Positions 41,801 through 52,827 are shown, counted from the first letter of the stretch. The stretch: DNA of 64,000 nucleotides from Methanomassiliicoccaceae archaeon (GCA_963728405.1 CAVSJV010000002.1:96001-160000); one strand, 5' to 3'. Notes: generated by a model from the sequence alone, not told the origin. Numbers and translations: made by a program.

Positions 41801-43568
41801 TTATCCACAGCTTTCACACTGCATAGCGCCCTCTTCGGCATGTATGGACCTGCCACAGGCAGGGCAGGTGCTGGTATCCTTGATGGTCGTTAGGACCTGA
41901 CCCGGCTTGGATCCTTCCCGATATACGGTAAGCCCTTTGCACCCTTTGAGATGGGCATAGGTCAAGGCATGGTAGATATCCTTCCAAGACGCCGTCGCCG
42001 GGAGATTAATGGTCTTAGAAACGGCATTGTCCACATGCTTCTGGAACGTCGCCTGCAGGTCGATCTGCAGTTCGGCCGGGACCTCATGGGCAGTGACGAA
42101 GATGTCCCGCACTTCCTTCGGTATCTCTTCGATGTCATGAACGGAATGCGCCCCAGTCATCTTGCGCAGCAGCTCCGGTGAGTAGAACCCTCCCTGCTTG
42201 GCCGCCGATATGAATAAGGGAAGCACCTCTTCGAAATGTTGACCATCCATCACATTTCGGGAATAGGAAACCGCATAATATGGCTCGATCCCCGAGGAAC
42301 AACCGGCGATGAGGCTGATGGTGCCAGTGGGAGCGATCGACAGCACTGTAGCGTTCCGGCGGGGTCCTATGATGACCGAGTCACCGATATTGGGAAAGCT
42401 CCCTCTTGATTCCGCGATGCGCCGCGAGGCATTCTCGGCCTGTTTCCTGATGAATGATATTAGCCTATCCGCCAGCTCCAGAGAGCTGCTGCTGCCGTAA
42501 CGAACGTTCATGCGTACCAGCATATCAGCGAAGCCCATTATCCCCAGTCCGATCTTGCGATTGCCTTTAACGATAACATCGGTCTGATGCAACGGAAAGC
42601 GATTGGCGTCGATGACAGTTGTCGAGGAATCGAACACCCAGGTCAACGGTCCGGCCGAGCTTGTCCCAGTCGATCTTCCCGCCATCGACCATCCTGTTGA
42701 GGTTTATGGAGCCGAGATTGCAGGCCTCGAACGGTAGGAGGGGCACCTCCCCGCACGGGTTGGTCGCCTCGATCGGTCCCAGGGCGGGCGTGGGATTGGA
42801 ACGATTTACCGAGTCGATGTAAAGTACGCCTGGGTCTCCCGACCGCCAGGCCGACGTGGCAATCCTCTCCAGTATGTATGAGGCGGATACGCTGCGCATT
42901 GCGCCCCCGGTCCTGGGGTTGATGAGATCATAGTCCTCTCCCCTGGCCGCCCTCGCCATGAACTCGTCAGTCACTGCCACGGAGAGGTTGAAGTTTGAGA
43001 ACGAGGTCAGGTCTTCCTTGGCATGGATGAACTTTTCGATATCCGGGTGGTCGACCCTTAGGACCCCCATGTTCGCTCCCCTCCTCCTACCGCCCTGCTT
43101 GATCGATTCAGTCGCCGCGTCGAACACCTTCATGAAAGAAACGGGGCCGGAGGCGATGCCACCGGTGGAACCTACCTCATCGCCTTCCGGCCGAAGTCTC
43201 GAGAACGATAGGCCGGTGCCACCACCGGTCTGCTGGACGATGGCCGCGAACTTGATCGCGTCATAGATGCTCTCGATGGAATCCTCGACCGGTATCACGA
43301 AGCAGGCCGACAGCTGTTGGATCCTGGTTCCCGCGTTCATCAGGGTCGGGGAGTTAGGTAGGAACTCCAGTTCGCGCATGGCCCGATAGAACTCGTCCTC
43401 TTCACCCAAGCGGTCCTGGTACCTCTCATTGATCGAGGAAATGTTCCTGGCCACCCGTCGGAACATCTCATCAGGTGATTCCAGCGTTCTTCCTTCCTGC
43501 CCCTTCATCAGGTATCTCTTCTCCAGTAATTGGAGGGCGTTAGGTGAGAGAGCGGGAGGCTCAGGCAT
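41801..43568 (-). CDS. nrdJ: Class II (B12-dependent) ribonucleotide reductase (frameshift at ~42617)
   Basis: PNSPTLMNAG, QLSACF, RRGANM, TNPCGE, ACNLGS, IAPTGTIS and AVSKTIN motifs; C-terminal CPACG...CESCG. Confidence 0.92.
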
Positions 43569-43713
43569 CGTTCGTAGATGGTCGGCGGTAACCTAAATGA
43601 CTTGCTCCGTACGGAACGACCGGACCCCGTCGGCGCTCATTAAAAAAGAACGTAATCTATTATTATCGCGAGGACCTTCCACATTCCAACCCATTTACGA
43701 GGAGTTGTTGACA

Positions 43714-43932
43714 ATGGTCGTTAAATCTTACGAGAGCGCGTCCAAAGGGTTTACCATCGAAGTGGACCAGGAGCTGTGCGAGGGCTTGAAGGATTGTGTT
43801 GAGGTCTGCCCAGTGGATGTTTATGATCTTATCGATGGGAAGGCCGTTCCCACCCGCATCGACGCGTGCATTGAATGCTGCCAGTGCGTTGATTCCTGCC
43901 CCAAGAACGCTATCAAGCACTCGTCATGCTAG
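43714..43932 (+). CDS. Dicluster ferredoxin
   Basis: CEGLKDCVEVCP and CIECCQCVDSCP. Confidence 0.88.
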   Translation: MVVKSYESASKGFTIEVDQELCEGLKDCVEVCPVDVYDLIDGKAVPTRIDACIECCQCVDSCPKNAIKHSSC

Positions 43933-44828
43933 TAACCGTTATCGGGCTTCTTAAGCACGCCCCGGGAGTACCAGGCCCGGGCCACCTTCTTGATCCTCAG
44001 CTCCATGCGGAGGTCTGCCGAAGAGAGCATGCCCTGGTCCGTGATTATGTGGGAGAACAGGTCCAGCGGAGTGCTCTCGAAAACTTGCACGTGTTCAGTC
44101 AGGTGAGGACCCATGGGATTTGTCTTGACGACAAGATCGGAAAGCACCACGGGGCTGATCTTGCTCCATCCGCACACCGCGACTGCGGGTAGGTCGTTGG
44201 CCCTGGCCGCCTCGGCCAGCACTCGGGTCCCGACCTTGTTCACCAAGCCGGATTGGGTCACTGAATCGGCCCCGGTGATGGCCCCGTCAACATCTTCCAT
44301 TCGGGCGAAGATGGTCGAATCGTAAATGACCTCGGTCTCCATCCTGTGGTCCGAGAGTAGCTTGGCGAATTGCCTGCCCTCGCCCCCCGGGGACGCTTCC
44401 GCCACGGTCACCTTGACCTGCCGGTCCTTTGATAGGGCTTTCAGGACCTGGGCAACGGTGTCGGAATGGGAGGTGGTCATGAACCAGTTCCCCTTGATGT
44501 GCTTGAGGGATTGCTCAGCGATGCGCAGTCCGCTCCTTCTCTCCCGTTCCATCATCTCCAGGAGAGTGTCGTGCAGAAAATGGGAACCATGTGACCCATG
44601 TTCCATCTGCAACATGATGGAGTTGGCGATATTGAACACCGGGGCGATGCTCGGCTTGGCGAAATAGATGGCAACAGCGAAGTCCTCCCACTCCGGTGCG
44701 GGGATGGATGCCAGGTCATCGTCTGATATTGCCAGGAGACTGTTGAGGATGTCGCTCATCATCTCCGATGCGCCGGAATTGGCATCCTTGGCCAGGGTCT
44801 CCGCGATCTCTCTCAGGCGGGGGTCCAT
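43929..44828 (-). CDS. eIF-2B/ribose-1,5-bisphosphate isomerase family protein
   Basis: SGAS, TTSHSDTV, EASP..EG, GADSV...G.VNKVGT and FESTP....IITD.G motifs. Confidence 0.8.
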   Translation of the reverse strand: MDPRLREIAETLAKDANSGASEMMSDILNSLLAISDDDLASIPAPEWEDFAVAIYFAKPSIAPVFNIANSIMLQMEHGSHGSHFLHDTLLEMMERERRSGLRIAEQSLKHIKGNWFMTTSHSDTVAQVLKALSKDRQVKVTVAEASPGGEGRQFAKLLSDHRMETEVIYDSTIFARMEDVDGAITGADSVTQSGLVNKVGTRVLAEAARANDLPAVAVCGWSKISPVVLSDLVVKTNPMGPHLTEHVQVFESTPLDLFSHIITDQGMLSSADLRMELRIKKVARAWYSRGVLKKPDNGY

Positions 44829-44889
44829 GCTACCAGTATAAGGAATGGAGCTATAATGATTTTTAAAAGGAAAGGGGTTTGGACCCGCC

Positions 44890-45363
44890 TCAAGCGTAGG
44901 ACGAGATCACTTCATCGGAGATATGCTCCAACTTAACGAGCTTCTCATGATAATGGTTCCTGGGGTCCAAACTTATGATCAAATTGCTGCCGTCCTCATT
45001 GATCTTATTCGTGGTCCTGGCCAGGACGTCCAGTACGGGGCGGAAGCCGTTCCACATCTCAAGAACGTCCAGTCCGTTAAGGACGATGATCCCCTCCTTG
45101 TTCACGGCCAAGAAATTATTAATATTGTTCTCGAACGCCTGCAGGTTCATCGGTGGGATGCAGTCTGGGTTGGGGCGTGTGCTCAGCCACATGGTCTCCA
45201 GCATCTGCTCGTCAAAGTCCAGCTGGCTTCTCAGCAGCCGGGGCGGGTTCTTTGAGATATACAGGGTCTTCCGACCTTTATCGAGTTCCTTCCTCAGGAC
45301 CTGATGCGTCCGCAATGGTACCCGTTCCTCGAACAGGTAGAACTTCCCCTTTAATAACTTCAT
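44890..45363 (-). CDS. DUF835 protein
   Basis: LYISKNPP, MWLS, IIVLNGLDVL..WNGF and LDP motifs. Confidence 0.75.
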   Translation of the reverse strand: MKLLKGKFYLFEERVPLRTHQVLRKELDKGRKTLYISKNPPRLLRSQLDFDEQMLETMWLSTRPNPDCIPPMNLQAFENNINNFLAVNKEGIIVLNGLDVLEMWNGFRPVLDVLARTTNKINEDGSNLIISLDPRNHYHEKLVKLEHISDEVISSYA

Positions 45364-45629
45364 TTCAGTACCTCCGATCTCCAGATCCGGCCCCTACCAC
45401 TGGTTGTGGCTATTAGGCGGTTGCCCACCGATAAAATTCATTAATTGATAATACGTCCGCAGAAAAAGCGTAATTATTTGGATATGTTAAATGAAAAAAT
45501 TATCTGGTATGCCAATTTTATAAGCGGAATAATTCGACATATTCGATCAACGTATTGATAATAATTAATCATTGATGAAATACTGGCCTATATTGACCGA
45601 TGTATGCTGGTGAAAAAATGTCGAAAAGT

Positions 45630-45926
45630 GTCAGGTGAGGGTAGTAGGCCCCCTTCTGTTTCAGGCAGCATTCAACTAAGCACCCTACCCGTCGGTCCTG
45701 AGAGTCATCCCGACTGTTTGGGCTTGCTCCGGTGGGGAGTCGCCGTTTCACCAAATCCCTGACCAACGTCACCGCCGGGCGGATCATCCTCGGTCAAGGC
45801 TGTGTCGTTTCTGCGCCCTTGCCCTGGCTCTAACCAGGCCGCTCGCGCGACCCACCTTCTCAATGGAGGGGGGACCTTCCTCAGCTGGGCTTGCGCCCTA
45901 CCGTCAGCCGCCCTCCCTCTCCTGAC
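45630..45926 (-). ncRNA. rnpB: RNase P RNA
   Basis: Minus strand has P1 ends GTCAGGAGAGGG...CCCTCACCTGAC, P4 halves GAGGAAGGTCCCCC and AAACAGAAGGGGGCCTA, and GCAGAAAC/TGAAAC motifs. Confidence 0.93.
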
Positions 45927-46072
45927 GATGAATCGAAATCGTTCTTTCTATTTGAACATTAAGGCGGTAGGTGAGCCGAAATATCGAAAGGGCCACTTTT
46001 TTCGTACTATCAGAATGATTATTTAGATAGGTAGTTATACGCCGTTAACCTTTTTATTTCTGAGGTTAAAAA

Positions 46073-46426
46073 ATGGCTAAAGTAGCTATCGTTGTAAATG
46101 GTGCAGAACCAAAATCTGTATACCCACCATTCGTGTTGGGAACGAGCGGCTTGGCTATTGGAAACGACGTAATAATGTTCTTCTGCCCCGCAGGTGGAAC
46201 ATGGTGCAAGAAAGGCGAGTTGGAGAAGGTCACCGGGAAGGGAATGCCGGATATGAAGGACCTCATAGAGAAGTTCAAGAAGCTGGGTGGAAAAATGTAT
46301 CTCTGTGAGCTGGCCCTTGAGGCCAAGGACCTTAAGACTGAGGACCTGCGAACCGATATCGAGATAATCGGTGCTACTGAATTTATGACAAAGGCAAGCG
46401 ATGCCACTGTCACCTTTTCGTTCTGA
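46073..46426 (+). CDS. DsrE/DsrF-like family protein
   Basis: VIMFF...G, GGKMYLCE and IIGATEF motifs; next to a TusA gene. Confidence 0.78.
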   Translation: MAKVAIVVNGAEPKSVYPPFVLGTSGLAIGNDVIMFFCPAGGTWCKKGELEKVTGKGMPDMKDLIEKFKKLGGKMYLCELALEAKDLKTEDLRTDIEIIGATEFMTKASDATVTFSF

Positions 46427-46458
46427 TAGGGCGATCTAAGATCCTTTGGTGATTGGAG

Positions 46459-46680
46459 ATGGCGACCTACAAGATCGACGCGCTGGGGCTTAAATGCCCC
46501 CAGCCAATATTGGAAGTGGCGGTCAAAGCCAGAGAATTAAAACCGGGAGATGTTCTGGAGGTCCTATCGGATTGCCACTCCTTCCCGAAGGATGTAAAGG
46601 CTTGGTGCGAAAAAACCAAGAGGGTCCTCCTGTTCGTCAACGACGAGGGAGGCAAGTTCAGAGCCCAGATACAGTTCTGA
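46459..46680 (+). CDS. tusA: TusA/SirA sulfur carrier
   Basis: IDALGLKCPQP motif and GDVLEVLSD....DV.AWC. Confidence 0.88.
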   Translation: MATYKIDALGLKCPQPILEVAVKARELKPGDVLEVLSDCHSFPKDVKAWCEKTKRVLLFVNDEGGKFRAQIQF

Positions 46681-46738
46681 AAGCGATACGAATGAAAGGG
46701 CCTGGAGCAAGTGAAATGCACCTTAATTAGTGGTAACT

Positions 46739-47163
46739 ATGCAAGATTTCGAACCGAGGATAGTCGGATTCCTCTGTAATTGGTGCTCCTATGCTGGAGC
46801 GGACCTTGCGGGAATGAACAAATTAAGCATTCCCGCTTCATTCACGCCGATCAGGGTCATGTGCTCATCCCGATTGGACCCTGTGCTCATACTGACAGCA
46901 TTCCTGCGGGGAGCTGACGGCGTTCTGGTGGCGGGGTGCCATCCGGGGGACTGCCATTACGATACCGGCAACTACTATACCCGCCGCAGGCAAGTGCTCC
47001 TGAAGAAACGTGATAGGGAGCCTGGGGCTGGAACCGGAGAGGCTCCAGCTTTCCTGGGTATCGGCCTCAGAGGGGAAAAGGTTCGCTGAGGTGGTGAACG
47101 AGTTCGATCAGCGGGTCCGATCAATGGGGCCCAACTGTCCTAAAAACCAAAGCGAGCGTGTGA
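46739..47163 (+). CDS. mvhD: MvhD-like Fe-S subunit (indels at ~47008 and ~47136)
   Basis: FLCNWCSYAGAD, IRVMCS and GCHPGDCHY motifs; continues WVSASEG after the shift. Confidence 0.85.
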
Positions 47164-47169
47164 GACGTT

Positions 47170-48451
47170 ATGGCTGGAAACAACACTGAAGTATTGGTCA
47201 TCGGAGCGGGCGTCGCTGGTATCGAGGCAAGCCTGTTGCTTTCCCAGTCTGGCCGCCGAGTGCACCTTGTAGAGAAGAGTTCGTTCACTGGTGGCATGGC
47301 GGTCCTGTTCGAGCAGGTCTTTCCAACGTTCGAATGTGCTACCTGCATGCTTTCCCCTCGTCAACAGGAGGTGCTTCAGGATAGTATGATCGATCTCCTC
47401 ACTCTTTCCGAGGTCCAACAAGTCGAGCCAGTCCCCCAGGGGTTCCGGGTCAAGGTTCTGAAGATGGCGCGATTCATTGACGCGAACGCCTGCATCGGTT
47501 GCGGGGCCTGCTACGAACCCTGCCCGATCAGCGTGCCTAACGAGGTGGAGTTGGGCCTGGCCACTAGGAAAGCGGTCTACGTCCCATTTGCGGGGAGTTT
47601 GCCCAATGTGCCTCAGATCGATAAAGAACGCTGTCTCCACTTCAAGGGGGAAAGCTGCCAGGCATGCAAGGACGCTTGTGTGTTCGAGGCCATCGATCTC
47701 GAGCAGAAGGATGAGCTGGTGGAGCTGGAGGTAGGGGCGATCATCGTGGCTACCGGTTCTACCCTGATCGACCTGCGGGACGTCGATCGCTATGGCTATG
47801 GGAAGCATAGTGGTATCTACAGCGCTCTGGAGCTGGAGAGGTTGTTCTCCTCGAACGGTCCGACGGGCGGGAACATTGTGCAAAGGGACGGAAAGGCTCC
47901 CCGTTCGGTGGCACTGGTCCATTGTGCCGGCCGCGAGGAACAAGGTTTCTGTTCATCGGTGTGCTGCCTTTACCTGCTCAAGTTCAACCGATATCTCCGC
48001 TCCAAGCTCCCCGACTGTACAGATCCATGAGCTCTATACGGATCTCTGCATACCTGGTCAAGGGGATCAGCGGTTCTTCATGAGGATGATGGAAGGTGGT
48101 ACCGACCTGGTCCGGGCGAGCGGCCTGAACGTGGACACAAAGGGTGAGATGCCGGTGATCGAGTTCACCCGGTCAGGTGGAGGTAAGGGATCCTTGGAAG
48201 TGGACATGGTGATCCTGGCCCCAGCCCTGGTGGGCCGGCCGGATGGCGATCGCCTCGCTGGGGCCCTAAGCATCGACCTGGACGAACATGGTTTCTTCGC
48301 AGAAGGTGATGGGGGCCCGGTCAGCACGTCCCGGGAAGGAATCTACGTGATCGGTGGCGCCCAGGGCCCCAAGAGCATCGAGGCTGCGACAGCGGACGCC
48401 TACGCCGCAGTGGCCGAGATACTGGCAGCCGGCAACGAGGGGAGTGGTTGA
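47170..48451 (+). CDS. hdrA: HdrA-like flavo-iron-sulfur protein, short form (frameshift at ~48016)
   Basis: VIGAGVAG, FPTFEC..C, 2x[4Fe-4S] insert, CSSVCC and GPKSI motifs. Confidence 0.82.
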
Positions 48452-50135
48452 TCTGGCCCGTATCGGCGTGTTCATCTGCGAATGCGGTTCCAACATATCG
48501 GACAAGATCGATATCAAAAAGGTGATCGGAGAGCTCTCTGGGATGGAACAGGTGGTCCTGGTCGAGCCGTACCGTTTGATGTGCTCGTCCGAAGGTAAAT
48601 CTTACCTTGAGGAACGTATCAAAAAGGAACGGCTCACCCATGTCGTGGTCGCCGCATGTTCTCCTAGGGAGCACCAACAGACCTTCATGGGGGTCTGCGA
48701 AACAGCGGGCATGAACCCCTACCTGATGCAGCTGGTCAACATCCGAGAGCAATGCGCCTGGGTCACCGAAGACCCCCAGAAGGCCACCGAGAAGGCCACC
48801 CGCATGATCAGAGCGGCCATCAAGCGGGTCGCCTACCAGAACTCCTTGCCCAAGAGAGAGCTGGAGATGAACTCAGATGTGCTGGTCCTGGGAGGCGGGA
48901 TCGCCGGCATCGAGGCCAGCCTGTTGCTGGCCAGCCGCGGGCGTAAGGTCTACCTGGTGGAGAGGGAAGCGAAGTTGGGAGGGCTGGCGGCCTCCTTCCA
49001 AAGGGCTTATCCGAATATGACGGACCTTCCCCTGTTCCTGGAAGGTAGGATAGCGCAGGTGATGAAGGACCCCCACATCGAGGTGATGTCAGAGAGCGTT
49101 CTGGAACATGTGGTGGGCTTCTCAGGTAATTTTGAGGTTCGGTTACGTCGGGCCGGTGAGGGAGACGTGACCAAAGACATCGAGGTCGGAGCGGTGATCC
49201 TGACCACCGGCGGACAACTGTTCGATCCACACCGGATAAGAGGCAACGGCTATGGGATGGTGGACAACGTCATTACTGCCCTGGAGTTCGAGTCGATGAA
49301 CCGGGCTGGTCCGATCCGGCTCAAAGATGGTTCGACCCCTTCCTCAGTGGCCCTCATCCATTGCGTAGGGAGGGAGGTCAAGGGCTACTGCTCCGGGATA
49401 TGTTGCATGTACGGGATGAAGTTCTCCCGTTACCTGACCGAAAGCTTGCCAGGCATCAAGGTCTTTCACCTCTATTCGGATATGACCGTGCCGGGAAAGG
49501 ATAACCAGAACTTCATGGAAGACACCTTGAAGGGAGGCCCTGAGCTGGTCCGTGTCGCCGATCCCCGGGTCCGCCAGGGAGAGCGTGGACCTACCATCGA
49601 TTACTTGGACGAGAACGGTGGCACCAAGGGCCTGAGCGTTGATATGATCATTCTTCTGCCGGCCTTGGAGCCGCGGGCCGATGCGGTGGAGGTGGCCAAG
49701 CTTGTGGGGATCGAGACCGATGGCGAGGGTTTCTTTGCCCAGCAGCACCAGAAGCTCGGCCCGGTATCCGCTTCCAAGGAGGGAGTGTACATCGCTGGTT
49801 GTGCTCAAGGGCCCAAGGACCTCCACGACAGCATCGCCCAGGCCCAGGCCACCGCCGGCAGGGTGCTCGCTTCCCTCGTCCCAGGAAGGAAGATCGAGAT
49901 CGAGGCCAAGACCTCCCACATCCTCGAATCGTTCTGCCAGGGGTGCAAGTCCTGCATCTCGGTCTGCCCCTTTGGGGCCATCTCCTTCGACGAGCAACGG
50001 AAGGTAGCAGTGGTCAACGAGGTGCTCTGTCGAGGATGCGGCAACTGTTCGGCGGCCTGTCCGTCAGGGGCGGCCGTGCTCAAACACTCGACCTATGGCC
50101 AGATCTATCAGGAGATCATGGAGGCGGTAAGATGA
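48444..50135 (+). CDS. hdrA: HdrA-like flavo-iron-sulfur protein
   Basis: IGVFICECG, AACSP, NIREQC.W, GGGIAG, CSGICC and GCAQGPKD motifs; C-terminal ferredoxin. Confidence 0.88.
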   Translation: MVDLARIGVFICECGSNISDKIDIKKVIGELSGMEQVVLVEPYRLMCSSEGKSYLEERIKKERLTHVVVAACSPREHQQTFMGVCETAGMNPYLMQLVNIREQCAWVTEDPQKATEKATRMIRAAIKRVAYQNSLPKRELEMNSDVLVLGGGIAGIEASLLLASRGRKVYLVEREAKLGGLAASFQRAYPNMTDLPLFLEGRIAQVMKDPHIEVMSESVLEHVVGFSGNFEVRLRRAGEGDVTKDIEVGAVILTTGGQLFDPHRIRGNGYGMVDNVITALEFESMNRAGPIRLKDGSTPSSVALIHCVGREVKGYCSGICCMYGMKFSRYLTESLPGIKVFHLYSDMTVPGKDNQNFMEDTLKGGPELVRVADPRVRQGERGPTIDYLDENGGTKGLSVDMIILLPALEPRADAVEVAKLVGIETDGEGFFAQQHQKLGPVSASKEGVYIAGCAQGPKDLHDSIAQAQATAGRVLASLVPGRKIEIEAKTSHILESFCQGCKSCISVCPFGAISFDEQRKVAVVNEVLCRGCGNCSAACPSGAAVLKHSTYGQIYQEIMEAVR

Positions 50136-51259
50136 CGGAGGCCTCACAGCAGCAGTTCAAGGCGGTTCGATTGGCCGATAGGGGAAGCATCTCGGCGACG
50201 CTTATCGACCTGCTCACCAAGGGAATGGAGAAAGGGGTCTTCGAGGCGGTCCTGGTTCCCATGAAAGTACCGCAAGGCGACGGCTTCGCATATATCATGA
50301 TAAAGGACCGCTCGCTCCTGGCAGAGGCATGTCCTCTACCCCCGGTGGTGTCCATGCAGGGCGGGATCGCGCTGAGCGCCCTTACCCGTCGGGGCAATAG
50401 CCCGCTAAAGATCGCGGCGGTCATGAGGCCCTGCGAGATGCGGGCGACCATCGAGCTGGTCAAATTGGGCCAGGTGGACCTGACCAATGTCACGCTCATC
50501 AGCATGGATTGCCCCGGAGCGCTCCGATTGAAAGACTTCTCCCAGGACCCTCGGTCCGAGGAGACCAGGTTCGAGAAGGCCATCAGGGAAGGGAGGGATG
50601 ATGATGTCCGGCCCATATGTCAGATATGCCATCGTTCCAGCCAGGTCTCGGGAGACCTACACCTGGGCCAGCTCGGCAGCGACGGTTCCTACCTGCCCCT
50701 CCTCTCGAACAGCCCCCAAGGCGATAAGGTCCTAGCTGCTCTGAGCCTGACCTCCGTCGAGGACGTGACGGCTTGGGGTTCGGGAGTGGCCAAGGTTACC
50801 GACCGTAGGGCGGCCGCCCGGGAGGCCTGGCACCTGGAGTACGAGGCTAACATCGAGGGGACCGAAAACCTTCTCAAGACCTTGGCCACGTGCATCGACT
50901 GCCATAACTGCATGAGAGTATGCCCCGTCTGCTACTGCCGGCTGTGCTATTTCGATTCGGACAAGATCAAGCACCCTGCGGACGACTATCTGGACCAGGC
51001 CAAGTCCAAAGGGTGCCTAAGGTTTCCTCCGGACATGCTCCTCTTCCACTTGGGAAGAATGACCCATATGAGCCTCACCTGCGTATCATGTGGGGCTTGC
51101 GAGGATGCCTGTCCCGCCTCGATCCCCATAGCTCGGATATTCAGCTACGTGGCCGATAAGGCCCAGGGCGCCTTTGATTATGTTCCCGGAAGGAGCCGTG
51201 ACGATCCTCAGCCCCTGATCGTTTACAAAGAGCAGGAACACCTGGAGGAGGGAGAGTAG
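50132..51259 (+). CDS. FdhB/FrhB-like polyferredoxin subunit
   Basis: RPCE.RA..EL.K, DCPG, CIDCHNC...CPVCYC..C and FHL.R..H....CVSCG.CEDACP motifs. Confidence 0.8.
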   Translation: MTEASQQQFKAVRLADRGSISATLIDLLTKGMEKGVFEAVLVPMKVPQGDGFAYIMIKDRSLLAEACPLPPVVSMQGGIALSALTRRGNSPLKIAAVMRPCEMRATIELVKLGQVDLTNVTLISMDCPGALRLKDFSQDPRSEETRFEKAIREGRDDDVRPICQICHRSSQVSGDLHLGQLGSDGSYLPLLSNSPQGDKVLAALSLTSVEDVTAWGSGVAKVTDRRAAAREAWHLEYEANIEGTENLLKTLATCIDCHNCMRVCPVCYCRLCYFDSDKIKHPADDYLDQAKSKGCLRFPPDMLLFHLGRMTHMSLTCVSCGACEDACPASIPIARIFSYVADKAQGAFDYVPGRSRDDPQPLIVYKEQEHLEEGE

Positions 51260-51260
51260 G

Positions 51261-52355
51261 ATGACCAAAGGGATCACACTGGCTACCGGCCCAGAGGGTG
51301 GGCTCAAACTACTGCTCAAGCATTTGTTGGAGGGCGGTACGGTCCAGGGCATATTCGTACTTACGCGGATCGAGAACGGTAAGGTGGCCTATGCATTGGT
51401 CACCGACCCTGCTAAGATCGACGATAGCGCTCCTCTCTACCCGGTGATGCCGGTAAACCTCGGTCAGATCCTGCACCGATTCGCGGTAAGGAAGGGCGTT
51501 ACGCGCCCGGTGGCGGTGGTGGCCAGGCCCTGTGAGCTCCGAGCGTTCGTGGAGACGATGAAGCGCCGCCAATGGAGCTTGGACAACGTCCTCATCATAA
51601 GCCATACCTGTCCGGGGGTATACACCCTGCGGACATCGGTAGAGCGGGACCTGGACGAGGAGCTGCCTGGCTATTGGGAACACGTACATACGAACACTAT
51701 CAATACAGATCTCCGGCCGGCGTGTCGGTCCTGCACTGAGTTCGTCCCGTACACGGCCGATCTGACCTTAAGGCTGGTCGACGCGGGGAAGGACTGCACG
51801 TTCCTGGCGAACAATGAACGCGGTGAGCGTCTGATCGAGGGCCTGACCGGGAAAAGGATCGAGGGCGAGTTGGACCGAGAAAGGATCGAAGGCCTGCTGA
51901 ACAAAAGGGCGGAGCAGAGATTCCAGTTACTGGGCCATCAGGCGAATATCAAGGGGCTCGATGACCTCGTCGGGACCTTCGGGAAGTGTATCAACTGTCA
52001 CGCCTGCGGCCGGGCCTGCCCCATCTGCTCGTGCACCCTATGCGCCTTCGAATCGACGACCTATGAAAAGAACCCGGGCGATTTCGATCAGGCACTGCTG
52101 AAAAAGAAGGGCGTGCGGCTCCCTCCCGACACCATGTTCTTCCACCTCGGGAGGATGCTGCACATGGCCGTTTCCTGCGTGGCCTGCGGTTCCTGCCAGG
52201 ATGTCTGCCCGGTCGAAATACCGGTCTCCCTGGTGTTCAAGAGGGTCGGGGAATCCCTCCAGAAGACATTTGGCTACGTGCCTGGGAGGGACCTGAAAGA
52301 ACCGTTGCCGGTGAACACGTTCAACGTGGAGGAGTTCATCGAGGTCGAGGAGTAA
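51261..52355 (+). CDS. FdhB/FrhB-like polyferredoxin subunit (second paralog)
   Basis: RPCELRA, CINCHAC...CPICSC..C and FHLGR..H....CVACG.CQDVCP motifs. Confidence 0.8.
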   Translation: MTKGITLATGPEGGLKLLLKHLLEGGTVQGIFVLTRIENGKVAYALVTDPAKIDDSAPLYPVMPVNLGQILHRFAVRKGVTRPVAVVARPCELRAFVETMKRRQWSLDNVLIISHTCPGVYTLRTSVERDLDEELPGYWEHVHTNTINTDLRPACRSCTEFVPYTADLTLRLVDAGKDCTFLANNERGERLIEGLTGKRIEGELDRERIEGLLNKRAEQRFQLLGHQANIKGLDDLVGTFGKCINCHACGRACPICSCTLCAFESTTYEKNPGDFDQALLKKKGVRLPPDTMFFHLGRMLHMAVSCVACGSCQDVCPVEIPVSLVFKRVGESLQKTFGYVPGRDLKEPLPVNTFNVEEFIEVEE

Positions 52356-52365
52356 GAGGTGCAAC

Positions 52366-52791
52366 ATGGATGAGATCGAGGACACGAAGATAATCGCCTT
52401 CCTATGCAATTGGTGTTCCTATGCCGGAGCGGACCTGGCCGGGGTAAGCCGGCTCCAGATGCCTACCAACGTCCGCAATGTCAGGGTGATGTGTTCGAGC
52501 CGGGTGAACCCCGTATTCCTCCTGAAGGCCTTCCTAGGCGGCGCTGACGGTCTGCTCGTGGCGGGCTGCCACCCCAAGGACTGCCATTACACTCGAGGCA
52601 CTTACTTTACCCGCCGCCGGATCGTCCTCCTGAAGAACATTCTCGAGACTCTTGGGTTGGAGGATGACCGGTTAAAACTGACCTGGATCTCAGCCTCGGA
52701 GGGGAGGAAGTATTCCGAGGAGGTCAAGGACCTGGCCGAGCGGGTGAACAAGTTAGGCCCCAATCCGACCAGGAGCGAGATCTTCCTGTAG
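52366..52791 (+). CDS. mvhD: MvhD-like Fe-S subunit (second copy)
   Basis: FLCNWCSYAGADLAG, RVMCS, GCHPKDCHY and WISASEG motifs. Confidence 0.9.
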   Translation: MDEIEDTKIIAFLCNWCSYAGADLAGVSRLQMPTNVRNVRVMCSSRVNPVFLLKAFLGGADGLLVAGCHPKDCHYTRGTYFTRRRIVLLKNILETLGLEDDRLKLTWISASEGRKYSEEVKDLAERVNKLGPNPTRSEIFL

Positions 52792-52827
52792 GGGGGAACA
52801 TGGGCGGAGCAGATGATCGGTCGATGC

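Noticed and set aside
2685-48016. Programmed frameshifting or mass pseudogenisation of ycaO, markers 3 and 17, nrdJ, copA and hdrA
   Set aside because: The breaks are single indels in ACGT or homopolymer contexts in otherwise undegraded core genes, which fits sequencing error.
46739-52791. Selenocysteine in HdrA or MvhD
   Set aside because: The motif positions are Cys codons, and the ORF breaks are frameshifts rather than in-frame TGA.
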